Below are positions 1-9,821 of a DNA stretch of 64,000 bases, piece by piece (the first letter of the stretch is position 1; every line of letters begins with the position of its first letter). Made by a program: the position numbers and the translations under genes. The stretch comes from an uncultured delta proteobacterium. GTDB lineage: Bacteria > Desulfobacterota > WTBG01 > CAIYCZ01 > CAIRTM01. The DNA lies in the NCBI GenBank assembly GCA_963804955.1, contig CAWDSQ010000014.1, forward strand, positions 128,001 to 192,000, written 5' to 3'. The notes below the pieces were generated by a model. That model was not told where the DNA came from and made no database searches. It saw only the letters and a program-made list of their open reading frames with translations.

Positions 1-225
1 CCCAGGCCGATATTGTCAGCTCCCTGTCCAGCATCTCACGCACGGCGGGTATCCGGAGAGGCAAGGCTTCACCGCAGACGGAAACACTTTCCGGCACAGC
101 CACATCCCGGTACACGATCATGGCTTCTTCCCGGGCTGAGGCCACCGTTCCGGCAGCACTCTGGCAACAAAAATTGCACATATCAGACCATACCGCTGCA
201 GAGAAAAAACAACCATTGCCCGCAT
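1..225 (-). CDS. N-terminal part of a probable lytic transglycosylase (MltD-like); runs off the window edge, frameshifted
   Basis: ATG at 225 just after the kinase stop; manual translation gives CGEALPLRIPAVREMLDRELTISAW, which resembles the N-terminus of MltD-like proteins. Confidence 0.45.
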
Positions 226-235
226 GGAAACCTCT

Positions 236-1645
236 TTACTCTTTTGTTTGTGACGGCAGCATCACGCTGAATGTAACGCCGCTGTCCCTGTTCGGCTGCA
301 CGCTTATCGTGCCGCAATGAGCGTCTGCAATACGCTTGCAAATCTGCAAGCCAAGACCGGCTCCGTGGGAGCGACCTGACCGGGATGCATCAACCTGGTA
401 AAAACGATTAAATATATGCGGTAGTGCGCTCTGCGGAATACCTATGCCGGTATCACGCACCTGCAGCTGGACGCCACCACGGTCGTGTTTAATGAGCATG
501 GTTGTTACCAGCCCGCCTTCAGGGGTGAACTTGATGGCGTTGTCCAGCAGATTGCTCACCAGTTGCAGTATGCGCGTTCTATCGCCGCATATCACAACAT
601 CATCGCATCGTTCGCAGGTAAACCGCAACTGCTTCTCCTGGGCCATGGGCAAAAAGAATTCATGAATATCACGCACTATTTCTCCCATGTTAAAACTGGT
701 TACATCCAGATTAACCTTCTGCATCTCGAAGCGAGATATCAAAAACAGATCATTAACCATCTTTATGAGAAAATTGATACGCTCAAGGCATTCAGCCATG
801 CTCTCACGGTATTCACTGACATCGCGATTCTCCGAAAGCGCAACCTCCAGGGTGCCCTTAAGAGCAAAAAGCGGGTTACGAAGCTCATGGGACACATCGG
901 CGGTAAACTGTTTGGTCTCGCCGAAGGACTTTTCCAGCCGGTCAATCATGGAGTTGATCGTAAGGGTCAGCTCCTGCACTTCGTCACGCGCCGGCGGCAC
1001 GGGAAGCCGCTCCTGGAGGTTATGCGACGAAATTCTGTTTGCCACCCGCGCGATGCCTTTGATGATCTGCCGGGGTTTGTTTGCCGCAATCATGCCGCAC
1101 AGCAGACTCAGCAGCAGCACGACAGGAAAGGCCAGCAGCAGATTTTCATAGAACCGGTCCAGCAAATCCCTGTCCTGCCGCTTTTCCGTGGCGATCTGCA
1201 CATACAGGTCGGGAATTTCGTCCATGGCTATTTTCCGCTCGTACAGGCGGTACTGCACAGACCGGCCGGGCATGCGCAGGTTGCTGAATTCCCGCTGATG
1301 CACCTGATCCGGAAACGGCATTTTCCCCGCCCTTTTCGACTGATACAGAAGCTCTCCGGCGCCCGACAGCACCCGAAAATCAAAGGGATAGTATTTTCGC
1401 CGCGCCACATCGGACTCAAACATCTGGCACCCGATGATGACGCTCTTGCTCTCGGCGATGTCATCGACAAGCTCATGCGTCTCATCGACGAGCATCCGGT
1501 CGAGCTGCTTTTCCAGAAGGTGCTCGATCCGCATATAGAAAAAAACACACAGCCCGAGGGCCAGGGCAAGCAGGATGAGTGTTGAAGAAATAGTGAGCCG
1601 TACATCCAGGCGGGAAAAAAAGCTAGTCTTCAGCCTTGAGAACAT
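236..1645 (-). CDS. Sensor histidine kinase (heavy-metal CusS-like; HAMP-HisKA-HATPase)
   Basis: Two TM segments, HAMP region, H-box ADVSHELRNPL, N-box NLLDNAIKF, DTGIGI and GLGL G-boxes. Confidence 0.9.
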   Translation of the reverse strand: MFSRLKTSFFSRLDVRLTISSTLILLALALGLCVFFYMRIEHLLEKQLDRMLVDETHELVDDIAESKSVIIGCQMFESDVARRKYYPFDFRVLSGAGELLYQSKRAGKMPFPDQVHQREFSNLRMPGRSVQYRLYERKIAMDEIPDLYVQIATEKRQDRDLLDRFYENLLLAFPVVLLLSLLCGMIAANKPRQIIKGIARVANRISSHNLQERLPVPPARDEVQELTLTINSMIDRLEKSFGETKQFTADVSHELRNPLFALKGTLEVALSENRDVSEYRESMAECLERINFLIKMVNDLFLISRFEMQKVNLDVTSFNMGEIVRDIHEFFLPMAQEKQLRFTCERCDDVVICGDRTRILQLVSNLLDNAIKFTPEGGLVTTMLIKHDRGGVQLQVRDTGIGIPQSALPHIFNRFYQVDASRSGRSHGAGLGLQICKRIADAHCGTISVQPNRDSGVTFSVMLPSQTKE

Positions 1646-2300
1646 ACCCGACGCCCTTAATGGTTTTGATGAGTTTGACGGCGGCATCAGAGTCTATCTT
1701 GCCGCGCAGGCGATTTATGTGCACGTCGATGATATTGCTTGAGGGGTCAAAATCATAGCCCCAGACGCGCTCAAGGATCATGGTGCGCGTGAGAATCTGC
1801 CCTGCATTGCGCATCATGTATTCAAGCAGCGCGAACTCCTTGCCCGAAAGCTCTATAACCTGCCCTGCCCGCTCGGCTGTGCGTGATATAAGGTTGAGGG
1901 TCAGGTCTGCAAGGGTAAGACGCGAGCTCTCGCTCTCTTTTTGCCCGCGCCGCAGAACAGCCCTGACGCGGGCCAGCAGCTCGGGGAAAGAAAAAGGCTT
2001 GATAAGATAGTCATCAGCGCCCAGCTCCAGGCCATGCACCACATCGCTTTTCTCATCGCGAGCCGTAAGAAAAATAACGGGTGTCGCACTGCCGGCCCGG
2101 CGCGCCGCCTTTAAAAGCTCAAACCCGCTCATCTCGGGAAGCATGACATCAAGAATTATAAGATCATACACATGCGATGTTGCCAGATACAGGCCCTCTT
2201 CACCGTCAAAAACCGCGTCTACTATGTATCCCACTTCGGAGAGACCCTTTTTTAAAAAACGCGATGCGCTTCGGTCATCTTCAACTAGCAGAATGCGCAT
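1623..2300 (-). CDS. OmpR-family response regulator (CusR-like)
   Basis: MRILLVEDD, LDVMLP, GADDYLIKPF and winged-helix IDVHINRLR...TIKGVGY; overlaps the kinase start. Confidence 0.93.
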   Translation of the reverse strand: MRILLVEDDRSASRFLKKGLSEVGYIVDAVFDGEEGLYLATSHVYDLIILDVMLPEMSGFELLKAARRAGSATPVIFLTARDEKSDVVHGLELGADDYLIKPFSFPELLARVRAVLRRGQKESESSRLTLADLTLNLISRTAERAGQVIELSGKEFALLEYMMRNAGQILTRTMILERVWGYDFDPSSNIIDVHINRLRGKIDSDAAVKLIKTIKGVGYVLKAED

Positions 2301-2346
2301 TATATGCTCCATAGTGGTCAATAAAGCAGTGCAAGCGTATTTCGGG

Positions 2347-3237
2347 CTACCTGGCATAAATCAGCACAGGACGCGCCGCAGGATCGTCGGCAAGCTGTCG
2401 CCTGGCTCTTTCAGCATCAGCCCGGCCATAGGGGCCGACAAGTACCCGATGCCAGTCGACGCCGTTAATGCGAACCCGCTCGACCCGGCTCTCATAGCCT
2501 TTGCCCTGTAGTTGGCCTGCCATATGATCAGCTCGCTGACCGCTGCTGAACGACGCAACCTGAATATCGGCTCTGAAGCTGTTTTTGGTGTCGTCTGCGG
2601 GCTCGGGAACACTCCGGGCAAGTTCCCGGCAGGTGCGCTCTATCAAATCCTGCATGCGCTCATCGCTCGCATCGCCACTGGTGTGAACAGCCGCAGACAC
2701 CAGCGACAGGGGATGCAGCGGCACATCGCCGCTTTGTATCCGCTTCTCGGCAGCTGTCTTCCAGACAGTCCTGCCGCGCCGGGTTTCGACGAGCCGAATC
2801 TCAACGTTCATGGCAATCTGCGAATAAAAAATAAAAAAAAGGCGCCGGGTGCTCAGAACCCTGCCATAAACAAGATAGTCGGCCTTGAAGCATCTGCCCA
2901 GCTCTATGGGCGACAGGCCGCTCCATTGCCTGCCTGACAAGGCATCCAGCGTATCGAGCATGGTATCGATATCACGTGGCTCGACATCATAGTATTTTTT
3001 GGGGCTGAAGTGGCTGAAAAAACTCTGCCGGACCCGTGAAGCAAGCTGTGGATTGTCTTCATCGCCTTCAAACGGCAAAACAACCACGCGGCGGTTGTTC
3101 CCCATATGCTGCGTAAATACCGCCGGGACTTGACTGTTGGCATATTCAGCCCCGCGCCCTGCGCACGATACTATACCCGCCAAACACAGAGCCGTGCCCA
3201 GAAGCATATAGAAAACAGCCAGCATCTGCCGCCCCAT
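2347..3237 (-). CDS. Lipoprotein with a GNA1162/DUF799/CsgG-like domain and a C-terminal SPOR domain
   Basis: Lipobox-like IVSC; VVVLPF...ADYLVYGRV; SPOR-like IQVASFS...WHRVLVGPY. Confidence 0.7.
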   Translation of the reverse strand: MGRQMLAVFYMLLGTALCLAGIVSCAGRGAEYANSQVPAVFTQHMGNNRRVVVLPFEGDEDNPQLASRVRQSFFSHFSPKKYYDVEPRDIDTMLDTLDALSGRQWSGLSPIELGRCFKADYLVYGRVLSTRRLFFIFYSQIAMNVEIRLVETRRGRTVWKTAAEKRIQSGDVPLHPLSLVSAAVHTSGDASDERMQDLIERTCRELARSVPEPADDTKNSFRADIQVASFSSGQRADHMAGQLQGKGYESRVERVRINGVDWHRVLVGPYGRADAERARRQLADDPAARPVLIYAR

Positions 3238-3261
3238 GCAAAACGCACGCAGCCTGAAGCT

Positions 3262-3883
3262 CTACTCCTGCGATGCGCCCCTTTTTATTAAACGCACAAA
3301 CCGTTTCAGTGATTTCACACACCGGTACAGAACACCAAAAACACCGGCTGGTACGGGTTTTGACAAACCCACGAATCGCGCCTTCATGCGGGCATATGCA
3401 TACCGGTCAAGCTGCATGGCAAGTCGTCGCGATGATGCCGGGGCGCTGAGAATTGCGGGCTATGACAGCATGGGCAAAGTCAATAATATGCACATCGCCA
3501 TCGTCGGACACGAGCACATTTGACCGGTGTAGATCCATATTAGCAACGCCGCGGTCATGCATGGACCGGAGAACGCGCTCAATTTTTTCAAAAACAGCTT
3601 CCGGGACGCTACGGCGCTTGAAGAGACCAAGATGCCTGCCGTCGACAAAATCCAGCTCCAGGCAGCCCGCCTCAGTCATGCCATGGCATACCGGGATACC
3701 TGATACGCCTGCCAGCCGTTTATACGCCCGGGCCTCATTGCGAAGCGTCATACAGCCATAGAAACGAACAAGAGGATTTTGCACTCCGCCGTAATCCTTT
3801 ACGACAATCTTGCGTCCTGCGCGCTCTTCAATCCGAACGCTGCCCTTGCTTTTATTGCGCGGCTGCATGCGATCCCGTCTCAT
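3262..3883 (-). CDS. RIO/Kdo(WaaP)-like kinase (frameshift near 3425)
   Basis: VVKDY, HDRGVANMDLHRSNVL and IIDFA kinase motifs; alternative frame continues RLAMQLDRYAYARMK to a stop at 3262. Confidence 0.7.
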
Positions 3884-4073
3884 GGTGGCACTACTCTCCC
3901 TGATTGAAACGGCCCATGGCCGCCACTGCAGATTGTTTGCGAAGCAGAACAAAACCCCTTCCGTGAAGGGGGTGCAGCTCCCTGACTGGCATAAACCACA
4001 TCCCCGCCCGCGGCTGCCCGTTCTGCAAGCTGGTGACCGTCATGGCAAAAAAGCGATCACCTGGAGTAGACAA

Positions 4074-4205
4074 GTCAACAACCACCCGCATAGAGGGTGG
4101 CTTGATTTCGCCCTGAAAGGGCGTAAGCAAAAACACGCGGTTTTTATGTTGCCTTCTTCAGGAACCATTGCCATAAGCTATGGTTCCTGAAGACAATAAA
4201 CCTCT
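4074..4205. mobile_element. Putative non-autonomous IS200/IS605-derived miniature element
   Basis: GTCAACAACCACCC-GCATAGA-GGGTGGCTTG hairpin, CGCCCT-GAA-AGGGCG hairpin and a 14-bp stem TCTTCAGGAACCAT/ATGGTTCCTGAAGA; no transposase ORF. Confidence 0.5.
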
Positions 4206-4528
4206 GGCCAATCATCATCCCTTCATCGTTATGATCGGTCGAGCAGCATGAAATGTAAAGATTTAATTTTCTTACTGACAGATACAGGCGAGTGGGCCAC
4301 TACTCCCGCCAAGCATGCAGGTGGCCGTGTAAAAAGCCTTCACCGAGCCCTCTGCATTGCGGCTGACAAAAATATCCTTTGCGTAAAAAAATTGGTCAAA
4401 AAAAGCATGAACCCGTCGACAAGCACTTCTTCGGCGGGAAAAAGCAGCGCCCCTGCCCCAGCAATCGTTTTTTACATAACCCGTGCCCTGCGTCGGCAGA
4501 GCGATGCAGCCCACCTGCCGCTGATGTT

Positions 4529-5239
4529 TTATTTTTTTATCGGGCCTGAGGGGGTGGGCGCTTCAACCTCGATGCCCGCAGAAGGCTGCTCTGATTTCTT
4601 AAAAAGCGGACAACACCGCCAGTCCTGGCTGTACCCACCGGTAAGCGCCTCTGCCTTCGTTCTAAAAATCAGCCGGTCGTCAAAGGCAAGCCCCTTTACA
4701 TGCGAGCATGACGGGCGGTGAAAAATTTTACCGCTTTTTGAACCGACATAATAGGGCTCATCGCTTTGATCTTCAAAGGCCCAGAGGCCCCGTCTGTTTT
4801 TTCGAGCGTCCTGCTGCAGCTCCAGAAAAAAATTACGGTGCTGAACATTGCCGTCAGGCGCTGCAACAAGGCCATAGCCGTTTTTGAGAAGCTCGGCATT
4901 CACGAAAAGCTGGTCGACATAGACATACACCAGCTGCCTGCCGTCGGTATCGACGGCCACGGTATCGGTTTGAATTCGCACCCGGCGCCGCTCGACAAGG
5001 GCACTGTTGGCATTACGGCAGAACTCAAAAAAAGGCTTGCCCTTCTGGGGCACGTCAACGCCGATATAGCGCACCCTGACATCCTTTGCTTTGGCTGCCT
5101 GCGCCTGCAGCTTGATACAATTGCCGCTGTACACTTTTGTCACTGCGCGCAGCTCATCGGCTGCCCATGCCGGTGCAAGAGTCAGCAGGGCAGCTGCTGA
5201 AAAAGCGATGCATTGCCGGTACACCAGCCCCCTAGTCAT
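4529..5239 (-). CDS. Secreted thermonuclease (SNase-like) with a C-terminal Ada-like metal-binding domain
   Basis: Signal peptide; VRYIGVDVP, DGRQLVYVY, VNAELLKNGYG, ARKNRRGLW; YVGSKSGKIFHRPSC. Confidence 0.8.
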   Translation of the reverse strand: MTRGLVYRQCIAFSAAALLTLAPAWAADELRAVTKVYSGNCIKLQAQAAKAKDVRVRYIGVDVPQKGKPFFEFCRNANSALVERRRVRIQTDTVAVDTDGRQLVYVYVDQLFVNAELLKNGYGLVAAPDGNVQHRNFFLELQQDARKNRRGLWAFEDQSDEPYYVGSKSGKIFHRPSCSHVKGLAFDDRLIFRTKAEALTGGYSQDWRCCPLFKKSEQPSAGIEVEAPTPSGPIKK

Positions 5240-6915
5240 GGCACAACTCCCTTGGCCGCAAAGTTCGACAGCAGTACTTTGTTGTAATTTGCCGCCGTCA
5301 GATATGGTGCAAAAAGCTCTTTATGATACTTATAGCGCTTGTCAGTGGTAAATACAATACAGGGCTCGGCCCCCTGCAGTTTGCGGACGAGCTTTTCCTC
5401 ATCCGTGTCCATGATGACCTGACGGCGCAGATAAAACGACAGGCTGTTGAAAATTTTAACGCCGGTGTACAGTTCACGGGCCTGAGCGATAACGGCTTCA
5501 TTTTCCTTCAAAAAAGCCTTCACCGAGCGGTTCTTCTCTACCCATGCTGTGCCATAGCCCAGGCCGGGAATAAGGGTCAAAAAAGTCACGAAACTCAGCG
5601 CAACACATGCGCTGCGCGCATGGCCCCGCGCAGCGAGCCAGAGCGCAGCAAGTGCAGGCACAATGAGGGTAAACATTCCAGCCATGCCCCCGACGATCAA
5701 ATCAGGCTGATTTTTTGAAAGCCACGAAAGCCCTTTGAATGCCCCGACAATCGAAACGGCCAAACAGGCAAAAAATGACACAACAAGCCCTGTATCACGC
5801 TTGCCCGGAAATTCGCGCAGGGCATCGCTAATAACCGTGCCGAGCCATGCGGCGCAAACGCAGGAGAGCATAACGACATATTGCGCTTTTTTGGTGGCGC
5901 AAACGGTAAAAAATAAAAAAACAAACAAAAACCACGTCTCCAGAAAAGAGCGCAGCCGGCTCGGCGCAAGCTTTTGAAAACGCTGGTACAAAGCCCAGGG
6001 CAACAGAAAAACCCAGGGCAGCAGACCCGCAAAAAGCACAATAAAATAATAATACAAAGGATCATAATTGCGGCCGAACAACCCGAAAATCCGTCCGGCT
6101 GTCTCGCGCCGCGACAGCTCCGTCATTGTTTCCTTATCGACGAAAAAATAGATATAGAGATACCAGGGCAGAGATGCCAGCAGCACAAGGACAAGACACC
6201 TGCCAAGACGCAGGCTTTTGAGCTCACGCATATCCCGCTGCTGCCAGAGGCTGAGCAGGGCAACGGCAACAGGCACCAGAATCCCCACAGGGCCCTTGGT
6301 CCATGCGGCAATAACCTGAAAAAAATAAAAGCCCGCATACCACCATTTCTTGGCGCCGGACTCAACAGCCTGCCAGCCAAGATAAAAACAAAAAAGAGAG
6401 GCTATGATAAAAAAGCTGAAAACCATGTCCGGCATGGTCATGCGAGCCGGCACAAAAAACAGCGGGCTTGATCCCATAATAAGGCAGGAAAGGGCGGCAG
6501 CGGTAATGCCGCAGAAGCGCTGCATAAAAAAGAATGCTGCAACCAGCAGCGCCAGAGCCGCAAGCACGGAGGGGAGCCTGGCGCTGAACTCGGAGACATC
6601 CAGAAGCTTATAGCTTGCACAAATAAACAGATAATGCAGCACAGGCTTCTGGAGCCGAAGCTCATAGTTGAAATAGGGGACCATGTATGAGCCCCGCTCG
6701 ATCATCTCGCGGGCTGCTTCAGCATAGCGGGGTTCATCGGGATCGGCAAGGGGAACATGCGCCGAGCTTATAAAACAGAACAAAACCGATTACCGCAACA
6801 AGACCAAAAATAATACTGATGCGTTTAGCGTCAGGTGGCCATTGAACACCTTGAGGGATGGCAGTGAAGCAGGGTCTTGACCGTTACAGGGCTTTCCCAC
6901 CATGCGCTCAGGCAT
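5236..6915 (-). CDS. ArnT/PMT-family (GT-C) glycosyltransferase; N-terminus frameshifted near 6800
   Basis: DPDEPRYAEAAREM, KPVL, SARLPS and TKGPVG motifs; many TM helices. Confidence 0.85.
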
Positions 6916-7213
6916 TATGCGTGATCTTCCTGCACAGGGTTAACAGCCTGCAGCTGCATTTTTTTTTATCAGAATCAGATTGCGCATATACACGACAAGA
7001 CCGCAACCCTGACCCAGGACAAAAACCGGATCTTTTTTATAAAGCGCATAGACGAATAAAATCAGTCCGCCGACAATGACTCAAATACCAGAAGGCAATA
7101 GGGATGGTGCTTTTCTTGTTTTTTTCAGATATGATCCACTGTACGATAAAGCGTGCTGAAAATGCCGCCTGCCCCAGAAAGCCGAACAGGACCCAGCCGT
7201 TTATAAAATCCAT
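6915..7213 (-). CDS. Lipid-A-disaccharide synthase N-terminal (LAB_N) small membrane protein; frameshift near 7078; absent from the ORF track
   Basis: Manual translation MDFINGWVLFGFLGQAAFSARFIVQWIISEKNKKSTIPIAFWYLS/IVGGLILFVYALYKKDPVFVLGQ. Confidence 0.85.
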
Positions 7214-7936
7214 TTATTTCTGCTCCTCAATTGTATAACCGAGATAGCGTTTTTTCATCCAGCACACCGCCAGCAGGTCGAGAAATGAGCGCATGATCCG
7301 GTTGCTGATGCCGTATTTGGGAGTTCCGAATTTACGGGGCCGGTGATTGACTTTCACTTCGGCCACCCTCCCTCCTTCGAATTTCACCAGGGTTGGGAAA
7401 AACCGGTGCATGCCGGTAAACAGCTTGAGCCGCTGGGCATACTCGCGCCTGAACACTTTGAGAGAACAGCCCACATCCTGAATATTCTCACCGCTGAGCT
7501 TGTTGCGAATGCCATTGGCGATGCGGGATGAAACCCTGCGCACGACATTGTCGTTGCGCTTATGACGCCAGCCGCAGACAAGATCATACTGCCCGATCAA
7601 GGGAAGCATGGCGGGTATATCATGCGGGTCGTTCTGCAAATCGGCATCCATGGTGATGACAACATCACCCCGGGCCGCCCTGAAACCCGCATCAAAGGCG
7701 GCGGTCTGCCCGCTGTTCTTTTTGAAACGGATTATCCTGATGCCCTGATGCTGCTGCCGCAGTTCGTCAAGCTTCTGAGGGCTTGCATCCGTTGAGCCGT
7801 CATCGACAAAAATAATTTCATACGGACGATTGATTTCCGCAAGCACCTCGACAAGCTCCCGGGTGAGGGGGTCGATATTTTCCTCTTCATTAAAGACCGG
7901 GACCACAACGGAAATATAGGGCAAAGCGCTCATCAT
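7214..7936 (-). CDS. GT2 polyprenyl-phosphate glycosyltransferase (ArnC/DPM1-like)
   Basis: SVVVPVFNEE, VDDGSTD, GQTAA, MDADLQNDP, HRFFP. Confidence 0.9.
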   Translation of the reverse strand: MMSALPYISVVVPVFNEEENIDPLTRELVEVLAEINRPYEIIFVDDGSTDASPQKLDELRQQHQGIRIIRFKKNSGQTAAFDAGFRAARGDVVITMDADLQNDPHDIPAMLPLIGQYDLVCGWRHKRNDNVVRRVSSRIANGIRNKLSGENIQDVGCSLKVFRREYAQRLKLFTGMHRFFPTLVKFEGGRVAEVKVNHRPRKFGTPKYGISNRIMRSFLDLLAVCWMKKRYLGYTIEEQK

Positions 7937-7956
7937 GTATCCCTTATAGTATTCCC

Positions 7957-8511
7957 TTAGAAAGGAAAATATAATTTCAAAAGCATTCCTGCAAAAACGC
8001 CAAGCACGATCAGGATAAAATACTGCTCACGGTTTTCCTTCCAGAAAAGCGCAGAGCTCCAAGGCCGGCGGGCGGAATGCGGGTACGGGGTCAGCCGGGG
8101 AATGAGGCTGTGCACCTCTGCGGCATAGCGGGTGTACTCTTCTCCGAAAATATCTGTAAGCCAGGTCATTTCCTTTTTGTATTTTCTCGGCATATAGCTC
8201 CAGAAAAAGATACCCAGCCCCACCACCAGCAGCAAGAAGCACCAGGGCCCGCCCATGATGCAAAAACCGACGAGCAGAAACAGGCGGCCAAAATACAGGG
8301 GATCGCGCACATAGGCATAGGGCCCCGAGGTGGCAAGCTCTTTTTTCCGTTTCAGATGCCCGGCTGCCCAGCAACGAGCCGCTTCGCCGATAACGACAAA
8401 AACCAGGCCTGCCAGAATGGTTGCCACAGTGGGCCTGGCAAGAAAAACAGCAAGCAGAATGGCTGCAATAAGCCCGATGGTTTTAAGAATTTTCGCATGT
8501 CGTGTTTTCAA
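7957..8511 (-). CDS. ICMT/PEMT-family membrane methyltransferase
   Basis: LATSGPYAYVRDPLY and FGEEYTRY...IPR motifs. Confidence 0.8.
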   Translation of the reverse strand: MKTRHAKILKTIGLIAAILLAVFLARPTVATILAGLVFVVIGEAARCWAAGHLKRKKELATSGPYAYVRDPLYFGRLFLLVGFCIMGGPWCFLLLVVGLGIFFWSYMPRKYKKEMTWLTDIFGEEYTRYAAEVHSLIPRLTPYPHSARRPWSSALFWKENREQYFILIVLGVFAGMLLKLYFPF

Positions 8512-8827
8512 TTTCAGCTCCCTGTTTATTTATTATTCTATGGCCCGCAGCATGTTCCGGCGAAAGTCTGGTTATTGGGAATGCAGCCCCGCAGGGATAA
8601 CCGCTTTAGGCTTTCAGAACCTTGTATGTAGAAGAAAGAACTACAGAGGTGGGTCAAAAGCTGCCTGTGAAAAAGCCTTATTAAATAGTAGTATTAATAT
8701 AAAAAGCCGGTGAAGTAAATACTAAATAAAGAGGATTAATTTTTTTTAATCCGGATTATTCGACAAGTATACAACGCAGGGACTATGGCGCGCAGGCGCA
8801 CTGTTTGCTGGCCGGGGTAAAAATTTC

Positions 8828-9530
8828 TCAGTGCGCTAGAATATCGTTGACCTGTTGCTGATAGCGGTCGATGAAGGCATCATCAAAGGGTTTCAGGCTT
8901 TGCAGCGAGGGGTCAAGGACCGAGTCGGGGTTGAAGTTCTGTATGCGCAGCCTGGAGGCGCCGTTGAGATCACGGGCCACCTGCAGAATCTCATCGGGTC
9001 CGTGATAGGATGGCACGACAGTCAGTCGGAACTCATGTTCAACCGGGCTGTCCATCAAAATCCTTATGCTGTGCTTGACCGCTTCAAGCACGCTCGCAGA
9101 CTGCGTGATAGCGCAATAGCTGCGCTCATCAAGGGCGGCTTTTACGTCCATGGCTACATAGTCGACAAGCCTGGCATCAATCAGGCGCTTGAGCAATGCG
9201 GGATTGCTGCCATTGGTGTCAAGCTTGGTGAGAAAACCCTGAGCCTTGATATAGGCAAGAATTTCCGGCAGCTGCGGCTGAAGTGTTGCCTCGCCGCCGG
9301 AGAGACAGACCCCGTCGATCCATGCCCGCTCGCGCTGCAGATAGGCCATGATATGGCTGAACTGTATATCTTCAAGCATATCGGGCTTGGTCGACCAACT
9401 GCCCGTTGTGGCAGTAGCGGCACCGAAAATTGCAGCGCGGAAAGAAGATGACTGAGCAGAGTTTGCCCGGCCAGTCCACAAACGATGCTTCTATAAAACC
9501 CTTTATTGAAAGGCTTGCAAGTGATTCCAT
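8828..9530 (-). CDS. nrdG: Anaerobic ribonucleotide reductase activating radical SAM protein (frameshift near 9390)
   Basis: Upstream frame from ATG 9530 gives SFVDWPGK...CNFRCRYCHN; downstream SGGEAT, KLDTNGS, YVAMDVK; in operon with nrdD. Confidence 0.88.
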
Positions 9531-9545
9531 TAAATCCCTGCCGGC

Positions 9546-9809
9546 TTAGCTGCCGGTAAGCATATCACGCAATGTCTGCACCGGCGGCACATCGCCCCTG
9601 AAGTCGCCGATGATCGTTTCATTCTGATCTTCGATAATGAAGGTGGGCGTTGCCTGCACGCTGTAGTATGCTCCTTCTGCAAGCCCGTCTGTGGTCCCCA
9701 CATCAAATTCCGTAACTCTGAAACCTTCATCTTTAAGCGCTGCTCCCGCCTGTTTGGCCTGCGGGCACCGGGAGCAGCCGGCCTTTATGAAAATCTTAAC
9801 TGTTCGCAT
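9546..9809 (-). CDS. Small thioredoxin/glutaredoxin (NrdH-like)
   Basis: CSRC motif and VQATPT cis-Pro motif; lies between nrdD and nrdG. Confidence 0.8.
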   Translation of the reverse strand: MRTVKIFIKAGCSRCPQAKQAGAALKDEGFRVTEFDVGTTDGLAEGAYYSVQATPTFIIEDQNETIIGDFRGDVPPVQTLRDMLTGS

Positions 9810-9821
9810 GCTGATATCCTT

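Noticed and set aside
3977..4020. Partial resemblance to ZTP or cobalamin riboswitch motifs
   Set aside because: The key conserved elements are missing and the downstream genes do not fit.
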